From the NCBI GenBank assembly GCA_903831455.1, contig CAIKXV010000027.1:39208-103207 (forward strand): 64,000 nucleotides of DNA, read 5' to 3'. Positions 18,134 to 27,089 of this stretch are shown here, in pieces. The notes under the pieces are model-generated. The model was not told the origin of the DNA, did not search any database, and saw only the letters and a list, made by a program, of their open reading frames with translations. Origin of the DNA: an uncultured Pseudomonadota bacterium. Its GTDB lineage: Bacteria; Pseudomonadota; Gammaproteobacteria; Burkholderiales; CAIKXV01. The first letter of the stretch is position 1. Every line of letters begins with the position of its first letter. A program made the translations under genes and the position numbers.

Positions 18134-19324
18134 ATGAGTGCTCCCGAGAACACGCGCATCCTGCTCGGCATCACGGGCGGCATCGCGGCCTACAAGTCGG
18201 CCGAACTGGTGCGGCGGCTCGTTGCCGATGGTTGCGAGGTCGAGGTCGCGATGACCGAGGCGGCCTGCTCCTTCATCACGCCCGTCACCCTGCAGGCGTT
18301 GTCCGGCCGCCCGGTGTGGACCGACCTCTGGGATGACCGCGCCCGCGGCGCGATGGCGCACATCGAACTCGTGCGCGGGCGCTCGCTGATGCTGGTGGCC
18401 CCCGCGACCGCCGACTTCATCGCCCGGCTCGCGACCGGGCAGGCCGACGACCTGCTCTCGACGGCCGCCCTCGCCCGCGACTGTCCGCTGGCCGTGGCCC
18501 CGGCGATGAACCGACAGATGTGGGAGCACCCGGCCACCCGGCGCAACGTCGAGCGACTGCGCGGCGACGGCGTCGAGATCTGGGGGCCGGACGAAGGCGA
18601 CCAGGCCTGCGGGGAGACCGGCATGGGTCGGATGCTCGAGCCCGAGCGCCTCGCCGAATTCGTCGCGCGCGCGCTGCGCCCGCGCCTGCTCAATGGCCTT
18701 CGCGTGCTGGTCACCGCCGGGCCGACCTTCGAGCGCATCGATGCGGTGCGCGGCATCACCAACCAGAGCAGCGGCAAGATGGGCTATGCGGTCGCCCGCG
18801 CGGCCTGGGAGGCCGGCGCGGAGGTCACGCTGGTGAGCGGCCCCACCGCGCTGGTCCCCCCGCCGGTGGCGCGAGTGGTCCAGGTCGAGAGCGCGCAGCA
18901 GATGGCCTCGGCCGTGAACGCGTTCGTCCCCGACATCGACATCTTCGTGAGCGTGGCCGCGGTCGCCGACTACCACGTGCTCAACCCGAGCGAGCAGAAG
19001 ATCAAGAAGGACGCACACATCCTCACGCTGGAGCTCGCGCCCAATACGGACATCCTCGCAGCCGTCGCAGCGCTCGCCGACCCGCCCTACTGCGTGGGCT
19101 TCGCAGCCGAGAGCGAGAACCTCGACGAGTTTGCCGAGGCCAAGCGGCGGCGCAAGCGCCTGCCCCTGCTCGCAGCCAACCTCGTGCAGGAGGCGTTCGG
19201 CGTGGACGACAACGCGCTGGTGCTGTTCGACGACGAAGGGCGCCATCCGCTGCCGAGGGCGAGCAAGCTCGAACAGGCCCGCCAGCTGATCGCCCATATC
19301 GCCCGCCGCTACCAGCCCGCCTGA
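18134..19324 (+). CDS. coaBC: bifunctional phosphopantothenoylcysteine decarboxylase / phosphopantothenate-cysteine ligase
   Basis: [21 protein letters not shown] (flavoprotein CoaC domain), PAMNRQMW, and [14 protein letters not shown] (CoaB domain). The ATG 18134 is internal to the long ORF 17000..19324. Confidence 0.95.
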   Translation: MSAPENTRILLGITGGIAAYKSAELVRRLVADGCEVEVAMTEAACSFITPVTLQALSGRPVWTDLWDDRARGAMAHIELVRGRSLMLVAPATADFIARLATGQADDLLSTAALARDCPLAVAPAMNRQMWEHPATRRNVERLRGDGVEIWGPDEGDQACGETGMGRMLEPERLAEFVARALRPRLLNGLRVLVTAGPTFERIDAVRGITNQSSGKMGYAVARAAWEAGAEVTLVSGPTALVPPPVARVVQVESAQQMASAVNAFVPDIDIFVSVAAVADYHVLNPSEQKIKKDAHILTLELAPNTDILAAVAALADPPYCVGFAAESENLDEFAEAKRRRKRLPLLAANLVQEAFGVDDNALVLFDDEGRHPLPRASKLEQARQLIAHIARRYQPA

Positions 19325-19332
19325 GGTCCCCC

Positions 19333-19782
19333 ATGAAGACGATCGACGTGCGCGTGCTCGACGCGCGCCTGCGCGACCAGCTGCCCGCCTACGCGACGCC
19401 CGGCGCGGCCGGCCTCGACCTGCGTGCCTGCGTGGAGGCGACGACCCTGCTGCGGCCGGGCGAGACGCTCCTGGTGCCCACCGGCATCGCGATCCACCTG
19501 GCCGACCCCGGACTGGCCGCGGTCGTGCTGCCTCGCTCGGGCCTGGGCCACCGCAACGGTATCGTGCTCGGCAACCTGGTCGGCCTGATCGACTCCGACT
19601 ACCAGGGACAGGTATTCGTGTCGCTGTGGAACCGGGGCAGCGAGCCCTTCGAACTGAAGCCGATGGAACGCATCGCGCAACTGGTCGTCGTGCCGGTCGT
19701 GCAGGTCGGCTTCAACGTGGTCGACGGCTTCGAGGAGAGCCACCGCGGCGCGGGCGGCTTCGGCAGCACGGGGCGCGGCTGA
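19333..19782 (+). CDS. dut: dUTP diphosphatase
   Basis: All dUTPase motifs are present: [33 protein letters not shown], and [10 protein letters not shown] at the C-terminus. It starts 8 nt after coaBC. Confidence 0.95.
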   Translation: MKTIDVRVLDARLRDQLPAYATPGAAGLDLRACVEATTLLRPGETLLVPTGIAIHLADPGLAAVVLPRSGLGHRNGIVLGNLVGLIDSDYQGQVFVSLWNRGSEPFELKPMERIAQLVVVPVVQVGFNVVDGFEESHRGAGGFGSTGRG

Positions 19783-19927
19783 GGCGCGCCGTTCGAGGTC
19801 GGCGAGGCATCGGTCGGGCGGGCACCGCGACCGACGGCGGCACGACCCACGCGGGCCGGCGCCGATGCACGCCTGCCGCCTCGGGTACGTCCCTGCCGCC
19901 CGCGCGGGTCCCGGACACGCGCCGACG

Positions 19928-19959
19928 CGACCCGGCTCGCCGCGGGCGAGCCCGGGTCG
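19928..19959. terminator. strong GC hairpin between convergent dut and the cupin gene
   Basis: CGACCCGGCTCGCC-GCG-GGCGAGCCCGGGTCG forms 14 bp with one bulged C. It lies 16 nt beyond the cupin-gene stop and 146 nt beyond the dut stop. There is no U tract. Confidence 0.45.
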
Positions 19960-19974
19960 TGCGCCCGGGGTGGC

Positions 19975-20484
19975 TCAGGCCTCCTGGTACTTGAGCCTGC
20001 GCACCTTCTCCATGTTGATCCCCTCGATGCGGATCAGCCGCGTGGAGTCGGTGCGGTGGGGCGAATGCAGGTCGCCCTCGTTGTACACGTAGGCAACGCC
20101 CGGGGTCAGCCGGTAGCTTCGCGTCCGGCGGACCTTGCCCGGCTTGTCCTCGGTGGCCTTCTCGAGCAGTTCGTAGTCGTTCATCATCGTCTCGCCGACC
20201 GCCTGCCCGTAGATCGCCCACGACGGGCCGTGGTCGTGCGGGGGGCTGTCCTTCGCGCCCCGGTAGTGGTGGGCAAGGATGCAGAAGCCCAGTTGCGGAT
20301 CCTCGTAGAGCACCTCCCGCTCCCGGGTGTCGTCGCGCAGGTAGCGCGCCACGAACTGCGGATCCAGCAGCACCTCGCGCAGGCGGTCGCGTACCTTCTC
20401 GCGGCCCGCAGGCCCCGGTTGCGCCATCAGCATCGACTGGAACTCGGCGCCCAGCGACTCCGCGGTGATGGTCTGTCCAGCCAT
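19975..20484 (-). CDS. cupin-fold metalloprotein of unknown function (cysteine-dioxygenase-like / COG5553-like)
   Basis: ATG 20484 is preceded by GGAGGAG. PPHDHGPSWAIYGQAVGE ... GDLHSPH suggests a His-ligated double-stranded beta-helix. The family assignment is tentative. Confidence 0.6.
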   Translation of the reverse strand: MAGQTITAESLGAEFQSMLMAQPGPAGREKVRDRLREVLLDPQFVARYLRDDTREREVLYEDPQLGFCILAHHYRGAKDSPPHDHGPSWAIYGQAVGETMMNDYELLEKATEDKPGKVRRTRSYRLTPGVAYVYNEGDLHSPHRTDSTRLIRIEGINMEKVRRLKYQEA

Positions 20485-20591
20485 GTGCTCCTCCCTGTTT
20501 TCGACGATCTGCCCGACCCGTCGGGCAAGACGTACCCGACCGACCGATCCTCGCGCGCCGGGCGAGTGCGCCTCGCCCGATGCGCAACGCT

Positions 20592-21614
20592 TCAGGCGAG
20601 CGTCACCTCGAGTTCGCCCAGTTTCTCGACCACCGTCTTCACGCGGTCGCCGGCCTTGAGCCAGACCCGCTTGTCCTTCGGGTAGCCGAGGATCACGCCC
20701 TGCGGCGTGCCGGTGTAGATGACATCGCCCGGCTTCAGCGTGAGGTGCCGGGAGCAGTAGCTGATGATCTGCCGGCAGTTGAACACCATGTCCGAGGTGT
20801 TGAGGTCCTGGCGCAGTTCCCCGTTGACCCAGGTCTGGATCGCCAGGTTGTTCGGATCCGGGATCTGGTCGGCGCTGACCACCCAGGGACCCAGCGGCGC
20901 GAAGCCATCGGGAATCTTGCCCAGCATGAACTGGCTCGTGCGCATCTGCAGGCCGCGGGCGGAGAGATCGTTGCCATTGGCATAGCCGAACACGTACTTG
21001 AGCGCGTCGGCCTCGCTCACGTCGCGGGCGGTGCGTCCGATCACGATCACCAGTTCCACCTCGTAGTCGAACTGGTCGTCGACCTTGGTCGGTAGTTTCA
21101 CCCTGGAGCGGTGGCCGGTGAGCGCGTTGTTGTACTTGTTGAAGAGGATCGGCGTCTGCGGGATCGGCATCCCGGTCTCGGCCGCGTGCTGCCGGTAGTT
21201 GAGCCCCACGCACAGGATCTTCTCGGGGTTGGGCACGGCGGGCGCGAACTTCGCCCGTGACTCGGCGACGAGCACGCCCCGGCCACGCGGATCGCCCAGG
21301 GCCCGCTCGACCAGCCGGGCGAGCGGGGCGCAGTCCGCGCCCGCGATCACTTCGTGGATCGAGGTCGGCGCCTTCACGCGGAACAGCGCGGAGGCCTTCG
21401 CGACATCGAGGATGCCGCGCTCGGTGCGAACGCCGAGCGTGGGCCCGTCGCGGCCGGCCAGCGAGCAGAAGGTCATGCCCCGCGCGGACAGCTTGCGCGG
21501 GGCCGGCTTCGCGGCGGTCGCGCGGGATGCCGGGGTGCGGCTCGCCTTGCTGCCGGCGGAGGCCGTCTTCTTCCCTGCGGTGGTGGTCTTCTTGGTGGTT
21601 GCGGTACGTGCCAT
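20592..21614 (-). CDS. fumarylacetoacetate hydrolase (FAH) family protein with a Lys/Thr/Ala-rich N-terminal tail
   Basis: FAH core: ILCVGLNYRQHA, FDYEVELVIVIG, GDVIYTGTPQGV. ATG 21614 has GGGAGA 5 nt upstream. The internal ATG 21476 lacks an SD. The tail is MARTATTKKTTTAGKKTASAGSKAS... Confidence 0.85.
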   Translation of the reverse strand: MARTATTKKTTTAGKKTASAGSKASRTPASRATAAKPAPRKLSARGMTFCSLAGRDGPTLGVRTERGILDVAKASALFRVKAPTSIHEVIAGADCAPLARLVERALGDPRGRGVLVAESRAKFAPAVPNPEKILCVGLNYRQHAAETGMPIPQTPILFNKYNNALTGHRSRVKLPTKVDDQFDYEVELVIVIGRTARDVSEADALKYVFGYANGNDLSARGLQMRTSQFMLGKIPDGFAPLGPWVVSADQIPDPNNLAIQTWVNGELRQDLNTSDMVFNCRQIISYCSRHLTLKPGDVIYTGTPQGVILGYPKDKRVWLKAGDRVKTVVEKLGELEVTLA

Positions 21615-21789
21615 TGGAATCTCCCAGCGAGAATGTCGGAATGCTAGCAGGCTGCCGGCATGCGGGTGGCGGGGGCAACGGTACGCCGACCCGGTTTGCG
21701 TCGCGGGCAGGCGAGGCCGCGCGCCAGCGCGCCGCGCAGGGCCCGGGCGAGCCGGATGGCCCTCGCGCCCCCGCCGGGACGCCTGCGGG

Positions 21790-22818
21790 TCAGTCGGCCT
21801 TGGTGCCGGATACCTGGATCACCTTCGCCCAGCGCGCGATGTCGTTGCGGATCAGGGCCGTGAATTCCGCGGGCGAGTTCGGCGCAGGCTCCGCGCCCTG
21901 CTGCAGCATCCGCTCGCGGACGTCGGCCTGCTGGAGCATGCGAACGACCTCGGTGTTGAGCCGGGTGACGATCGTGGACGGCGTACCCGCCGGTGCGAAC
22001 AGGCCGAACCAGGAGCCGGAGTCGAAGCCCGGCAACGCCTGCTCGGCGATGGTCGCCATCTCCGGCAGCGCCACCGAGCGCCTGGCCGTCGTGACGGCGA
22101 TCGCGCGCACCTTGCCCGCCTTGATCATCGGCAGCGCGGAGTTCATGTTGTCGGCCATCAGCTGGACCTGTCCGCCCACGAGTGCGGCAAGGCCTGGCGC
22201 ACCGCCGGAGAACGGCACGTGCACCATGCGGGTCGAACTCATCATCTGGAAAAGTTCGAGCCCCAGGTGTCCGGGGGTCCCGGTGCCCGCCGAGCTGTAG
22301 TTGAGCGCTCCGGGCCGCGCCTTGGCGTACGCGATGAGTTCCTTCACGTCCTTCACCGGCAGCGACGGGTGCACCATCAGCGCCTGCGGCACGTTGGCCA
22401 CCAGCGTGATCGGCGCGAAGTCCTTCAGCGGATCGTACGCAAGGTTGCGATACAGGCCCGGGGCAATCGCGTGCGAGGCGTTGGTGCCCATCACCAGCGT
22501 GTAGCCATCGGGCGTCGCGCGTGCCGCGATGCCTGCGCCGACCGTGCCACCCGCGCCCGGGCGGTTGTCGATCACCACGGTCTGGCCCCACACCTCGTTG
22601 AGGCGCTGCCCGGTGATGCGCGCCAGGATGTCCGTCGCGCCGCCGGGCGGAAACGGCACGAGCATGCGAATCGGGCGGTTCGGGTAGTCGCCGGCCTGCG
22701 CCGGGCGAGCGGTCTGGGCGTGGGCGGCCCACAGCGGGCAGAGCAGCGCCGCTCCGAGCGCGAGCGACGCCGCGGACGGACCCCCGCGACCCGGGCGGAA
22801 GTGGACTGAAGCAGGCAT
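21790..22818 (-). CDS. Bug-family (tripartite tricarboxylate transporter) periplasmic solute-binding protein
   Basis: Signal peptide, then YPNRPIRMLVPFPPGGATD, DNRPGAGG, and HVPF.GGAP motifs typical of Bug/TctC proteins. ATG 22818 lies after GGAGG. Confidence 0.9.
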   Translation of the reverse strand: MPASVHFRPGRGGPSAASLALGAALLCPLWAAHAQTARPAQAGDYPNRPIRMLVPFPPGGATDILARITGQRLNEVWGQTVVIDNRPGAGGTVGAGIAARATPDGYTLVMGTNASHAIAPGLYRNLAYDPLKDFAPITLVANVPQALMVHPSLPVKDVKELIAYAKARPGALNYSSAGTGTPGHLGLELFQMMSSTRMVHVPFSGGAPGLAALVGGQVQLMADNMNSALPMIKAGKVRAIAVTTARRSVALPEMATIAEQALPGFDSGSWFGLFAPAGTPSTIVTRLNTEVVRMLQQADVRERMLQQGAEPAPNSPAEFTALIRNDIARWAKVIQVSGTKAD

Positions 22819-23124
22819 CGAGGAACCTCCGGCAGGCTGAACGATCGGACATGCACCTGCGGATGATGCCGCATCGAGCCGACCTCGGCATCGCCGCCCG
22901 CGTCCGCGCGCGGCATCCGCCTGCTCGTGCGTCCGGCCAGGCGGCCCCCGCAGGCTTGCCTGCTCCGGCCGGGAGCGAAGGTCGCGCGCCGCGGTTCGGC
23001 GGATCCCCGGCCCGCCGCGCGCGCTCGGGGCCGATGGACAGCCTGCGCGAGGTTGGCATGCGGATTGCTGCATCGCACCATGCCAGTCGGCTCGCCTTCG
23101 CCCAACCCCACCGGAACCCACGCC

Positions 23125-23289
23125 ATGGACCTCCTCGCCCCCCTCGTCGACCTGCTGTATTCGTGCGGCCAGCTCGCCAGCCTCGCCGGCCTGCTCGCCG
23201 GTGCGCGCTACTGCGTGGGCGTGCCCCGGATCGACCGCGCCCACGTGCGGCCATGGCCGGCCAAGGCGGCGCGCCTGCTCACCGCCTGA
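23125..23289 (+). CDS. tentative small hydrophobic ORF (54 aa)
   Basis: MDLLAPLVDLLYSCGQLASLAGLLAGARYCVGV... has about 94% G/C at third codon positions (my count). It lies in an otherwise unassigned 549-bp gap. There is no SD and no recognisable family. Confidence 0.3.
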   Translation: MDLLAPLVDLLYSCGQLASLAGLLAGARYCVGVPRIDRAHVRPWPAKAARLLTA

Positions 23290-23366
23290 GGCACGCACGA
23301 CGGGCGGCGGGTCGCCCCGGTTCGCTTATGATCGGGGGCGAACCCGCCGCGTGAACGGAGTGCCCG

Positions 23367-23813
23367 ATGCGTGTCCAGCGACTCGACCACTACTCGATCC
23401 GAACCACGGACCTGGAGGCCACGCGCCGTTTCTACACCGAGGTGGTCGGCCTTCGGGCCGGCCCGCGCCCCGAGTTTCCCTTCCCCGGCCTGTGGCTCTA
23501 CACCTCGGAGGAGGAGATGCGGGCGAACCACGCGGTCGTGCACGTGGTGGGCATCGACCCGAACGATCCTGCGGGGCTGGTCCAGTACCTCGGCGACCGC
23601 GACGTGGCGTCTCTCGAGGGCGGTGGGGCGGTCGACCATGTCGCCTTCTGGTGCAGCGACCTCCCGGCCCTTCGCGAACGGCTCGGTCGCGTGGGCATCG
23701 CGTTTCGCGAACGCACGGTCCCCACGCTGGACCTGCACCAGGTCTTCCTCGAGGACCCCAGCGGCGTCACGCTCGAGCTGAACTTCAGCGCGGGCGAACT
23801 CGTGGCCGCGTGA
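23367..23813 (+). CDS. VOC-family (glyoxalase/bleomycin resistance/extradiol dioxygenase) protein
   Basis: RLDHYSIRTTDLEATRRFYTEVVGLRAG ... VDHVAFWCSD ... FLEDPSGVTLEL is a paired beta-alpha-beta-beta-beta VOC pattern. Confidence 0.8.
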   Translation: MRVQRLDHYSIRTTDLEATRRFYTEVVGLRAGPRPEFPFPGLWLYTSEEEMRANHAVVHVVGIDPNDPAGLVQYLGDRDVASLEGGGAVDHVAFWCSDLPALRERLGRVGIAFRERTVPTLDLHQVFLEDPSGVTLELNFSAGELVAA

Positions 23814-23844
23814 GCGCTCGGGCGTCGGATCGGGGGGGCTGCCG

Positions 23845-25071
23845 TTGAGCGCCGGCCCGCGCACCGCGATCGTGGTCGGAGGGTCGCTGGGCGGCCTGTT
23901 CGCCGCCAACCTGCTGCTGCGCGCCGGCTGGGATGTCCACGTGTACGAGCGCGCCGGCGAGCCCCTGTCAGGGCGCGGCGCGGGCATCGTCACCCACGAC
24001 AGCCTGTTCCGCGCCCTCGAACGCTGCGGCGTGGCGATCGACGCGAGCCTGGGATGCGAGGTGGTGGGCCGCATCGCGCTCGCGCCCGACGGCTCGGTGG
24101 TCGAACGCCTGGCGCTGCCCCAGGTGCTGACCGCCTGGGGACGGCTGTACCACGCACTCGACTCGGTCTTCCCGACGGCACGACACCACCGCGGCCGCAC
24201 GCTCGCCACCGTGCAGTCGGAGGACGACCGCGTGATCGCGCGCTTCTCCGACGGCTCGGCGAGCGAAGCCGACCTGCTCGTCGCGGCCGACGGCATCCGC
24301 TCGACGGTACGCGCACGCTGGTTGCCCGAAGTCCAGCCCGAGTACGCCGGCTACGTCGCCTGGCGGGGGCTCGCCGACGAGCGAGACCTGTCCGCCCCCA
24401 CGCACGCCACGCTGTTCGATCGCTTCGGCTTCTGCCTGAGCGGGGCCGAGCACATGCTGGGCTATCCGGTCGCCGGGCCAGGCAACAGCACCACGCCGGG
24501 CGAGCGCTGCTACAACTTCGTCTGGTATCGCCCCGTCGACGAGCAGCGTGAACTCGAATCGATCTGCACCGACGCGACCGGTCGCCACCATCCGATGTCC
24601 ATCCCGCCCCCGCTCATCCGCGCGGAGGTGATCGCGCGCATGCGCGCCGATGCCCGTCGGCTGCTCGCCCCGCAGTTCGCCGAGATCGTCGAGGCCACGC
24701 GACAGCCGTTCTTCCAGCCGATCTGCGACGTGCAGTCGCCACGGACGGTGTTCGGCCGGGTGGCGCTGCTCGGCGATGCCGCCTTCGTGGCCCGCCCTCA
24801 CTGCGGGGCCGGGGTGGCCAAGGCCGCCGAGGACGCGATGGCACTGGTCGACGCACTGGCGGTCGCCGGCCGCGACGTGGCGCGCGGCCTCGCCGCCTAC
24901 CAGGCCCTGCGCGTGCCGGCGAGCGTAGCGCTGGTCGAGCGGGCGCGCACCCTGGGCAACGCCCTGGAGTCGGTCACGCGTCCGCATCGGCGCCGGGCCG
25001 AGGCCCGGCTCCACCACACTCCCCAGGCCGCGCTGCGCGAGGTCGCGATCCCGCTGTCGATGATCGACTGA
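23845..25071 (+). CDS. FAD-dependent aromatic-ring monooxygenase (2,6-dihydroxypyridine 3-hydroxylase-like)
   Basis: TTG start. AIVVGGSLGGLFAANLL (GxGxxG), ADGIRSTVR, YAGYVAWRG, and LLGDAAFVARPHCGAGVAKAAEDA. The overall pattern recalls Arthrobacter DHPH, from memory. Confidence 0.8.
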   Translation: MSAGPRTAIVVGGSLGGLFAANLLLRAGWDVHVYERAGEPLSGRGAGIVTHDSLFRALERCGVAIDASLGCEVVGRIALAPDGSVVERLALPQVLTAWGRLYHALDSVFPTARHHRGRTLATVQSEDDRVIARFSDGSASEADLLVAADGIRSTVRARWLPEVQPEYAGYVAWRGLADERDLSAPTHATLFDRFGFCLSGAEHMLGYPVAGPGNSTTPGERCYNFVWYRPVDEQRELESICTDATGRHHPMSIPPPLIRAEVIARMRADARRLLAPQFAEIVEATRQPFFQPICDVQSPRTVFGRVALLGDAAFVARPHCGAGVAKAAEDAMALVDALAVAGRDVARGLAAYQALRVPASVALVERARTLGNALESVTRPHRRRAEARLHHTPQAALREVAIPLSMID

Positions 25072-25110
25072 TTCCGGACCCTGTTCCCGCCGGAGCAGGA
25101 GACCCGGCCC

Positions 25111-25656
25111 ATGCGACAATGCAGGCCGGTCACCTTGCCCCGAGCCTCGCGCCATCCTGGATCCGCGATGAGAGCGTCCGCACAGCCCCTGCACCGTCTT
25201 GCCGCCCTGGCCCTCACCCTCTGCCTGATGTGGCTGTCGGCCGCCGGAGAGGCGTGGACGCAGGGCCAGGCGCAACCCAGGCTGCCCGCCATCCCGCTCG
25301 CCATCGGCAAGCACAAGGTGATGGCGGAGGTCGCCTCCGACCCGCAGAGCCGCGAGCGCGGGCTGATGTTCCGCTTCGACCTGCGCGACGAGGACGGGAT
25401 GCTGTTCGTGTTCCCCGAACCGCAGCGACTCACCTTCTGGATGAAGAACACCCCGCTGCCGCTGTCGATCGCGTTCATCGACGCGCGCGGGGTCATCCTC
25501 AACATCCGCGACATGATGCCCTACACGCTGGACGGACACCCCTCGGAAGGCGAGGCGCTGTATGCGCTGGAAGTCAATCGAGGCTGGTTCGCCGCCCGCG
25601 GCATCCGCCCCGGCGATCGGGTCCTGGGGCTCGACAAGGCCGGGCGCGGCCGCTGA
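25111..25656 (+). CDS. DUF192-domain exported protein
   Basis: Signal-like LAALALTLCLMWLSAAGEA, then AEVASDPQSRERGLMFR ... GMLFVF ... FWMKNTPLPLSIAFID, typical of DUF192 (COG1430). ATG 25111 has GGAGCAGGAGA upstream. The alternative start is 25168. Confidence 0.7.
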   Translation: MRQCRPVTLPRASRHPGSAMRASAQPLHRLAALALTLCLMWLSAAGEAWTQGQAQPRLPAIPLAIGKHKVMAEVASDPQSRERGLMFRFDLRDEDGMLFVFPEPQRLTFWMKNTPLPLSIAFIDARGVILNIRDMMPYTLDGHPSEGEALYALEVNRGWFAARGIRPGDRVLGLDKAGRGR

Positions 25657-25747
25657 GGCGCGAGGGTGGCCGCGCGCCCCTCGGCGGTCGCGGTCCGGTC
25701 GCGGCACCCCGTGCGCGAGGGGTCCCGCGGGACCGGCCGCCGGATCG

Positions 25748-26968
25748 TCAGGCCGCCGTGTACCGAAGCGCGCGCTGGTCGATGCCGAAGCGATCGGCCA
25801 GCCAGTCGAGCATCAGTTCCTGCCCGATCGTGGGGTTGTCGTGCTGGCAGTGCTCGGCCCCGGTCTCCTCGGCCGTCACCAGTCGCAGCGTGACGTCCAC
25901 GCCCTTCGCGCGCGCGTAGTCGTACACGGTGCGGGCGTTCTCCACGCCCAGCACATCGTGGCCGCCGTGGACGATCAGGTAGGGACAGCGCATCGAGTCG
26001 AGCACGCCCTCGAGCACGAAGTCGCGCACGTACTCGGTGGCTTCGGCCATCGATCGCGTGCCGGTGATCCACTTCATGTGGCCCGCGAGACCGTGATCCT
26101 CGCCGCGCTCGCCGAAGCGCTGATGCACGCTCCAGATCGCGTTGTGCGAGATCGCGGCGGCCAGCCGTGGCTCCCGCGCCCCGGCCCGCGCGGCGTAGTA
26201 GCCGCCGAGGCTCGAACCGCTCACGGCGATGCGCGAGGCATCGACATCGGCCCGCGTCTCCAGCCAGTCGATGCAGCGACCGACCGGGACCTCGTAGTCG
26301 TGGCGCGTGCGGATGCCGTACCGGCGGAGCGCCCCTCCCTGCCCCGGGCCGTCGACGAGCAGCACCGACAGGCCGCGCTGCAGGGCGCCGTGCCCGGTCA
26401 TGAAGTACAGCTCGTCCTTGAAGGAGTCGATCCCGCCGAAGGAGACCAGCACCGGCTGGCGCGGACCGCCGTGCGGCGACCGGATGAAATACGCCGGTAG
26501 CGGACGCCCGGGCTCGTAGGGGATCTCCACCACCTCGCCCGGCGGGTCGAGGTGACGCAGGAACGCGTGCGAGCAACGCTCGCATTCGGTGAAGGTGGCG
26601 AGTCGCCGCGGGTCGTCACCGTCGAGCCAGAACTCCGCCTGGCGGTAGTAGTCGGCCGCGCGCAGCCAGCAATTCATCGCGGTGCGGACGTGGCCGGCGG
26701 CGGCAGCCTCGTCGCCGCGGCGGTGGTTGCGCTGCGCGGTCACCGTCCATTCCCGGTACCAGCTCTCGCGGTCGTTGGGCCGGATCCGGCTGGCGGTCTG
26801 GAAACACTCGCTGACCGTGCCGCCGCCCTCCTGGGTCTCGCCGAGTCCTCGCCGGAACTGGTAGGAAAACCAGAAATCCTCGGGCCAGTGGTGCCAGCCG
26901 AAAGGTTCGTAGTGGGGCCCCGGAGTCCCCTCCCCGAGGGCGGGGCGCCCGCTGCTCTGATCGCTCAT
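25748..26968 (-). CDS. alpha/beta-fold hydrolase (FrsA / 2,6-dihydroxypseudooxynicotine-hydrolase-like)
   Basis: Helical N-terminal domain followed by an alpha/beta core with the nucleophile elbow VSGSSLGGYYA and a late H (HGGHD). The family guess is from architecture, from memory. Confidence 0.75.
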   Translation of the reverse strand: MSDQSSGRPALGEGTPGPHYEPFGWHHWPEDFWFSYQFRRGLGETQEGGGTVSECFQTASRIRPNDRESWYREWTVTAQRNHRRGDEAAAAGHVRTAMNCWLRAADYYRQAEFWLDGDDPRRLATFTECERCSHAFLRHLDPPGEVVEIPYEPGRPLPAYFIRSPHGGPRQPVLVSFGGIDSFKDELYFMTGHGALQRGLSVLLVDGPGQGGALRRYGIRTRHDYEVPVGRCIDWLETRADVDASRIAVSGSSLGGYYAARAGAREPRLAAAISHNAIWSVHQRFGERGEDHGLAGHMKWITGTRSMAEATEYVRDFVLEGVLDSMRCPYLIVHGGHDVLGVENARTVYDYARAKGVDVTLRLVTAEETGAEHCQHDNPTIGQELMLDWLADRFGIDQRALRYTAA

Positions 26969-27089
26969 GCCGAACTGCCTCCTGGAATCGAGTGCCGCGC
27001 GCTCGGCGCGGGGCTCGCCCCCTGCCGCTCACGGCGAGCGCGCAGCGTAGCATCGACCGGCCGGCGACGGCCGGCCGGCACCGCGCCGC

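Noticed and set aside
22851-23354. 167-aa and 120-aa plus-strand ORFs filling the 549-bp gap
   Set aside because: Most of their length is Arg/Pro/Ala-rich and shows no coding-like pattern. Only the last 54 codons of the 120-aa ORF (23125-23289) look like real coding sequence, and I kept those as a low-confidence call.
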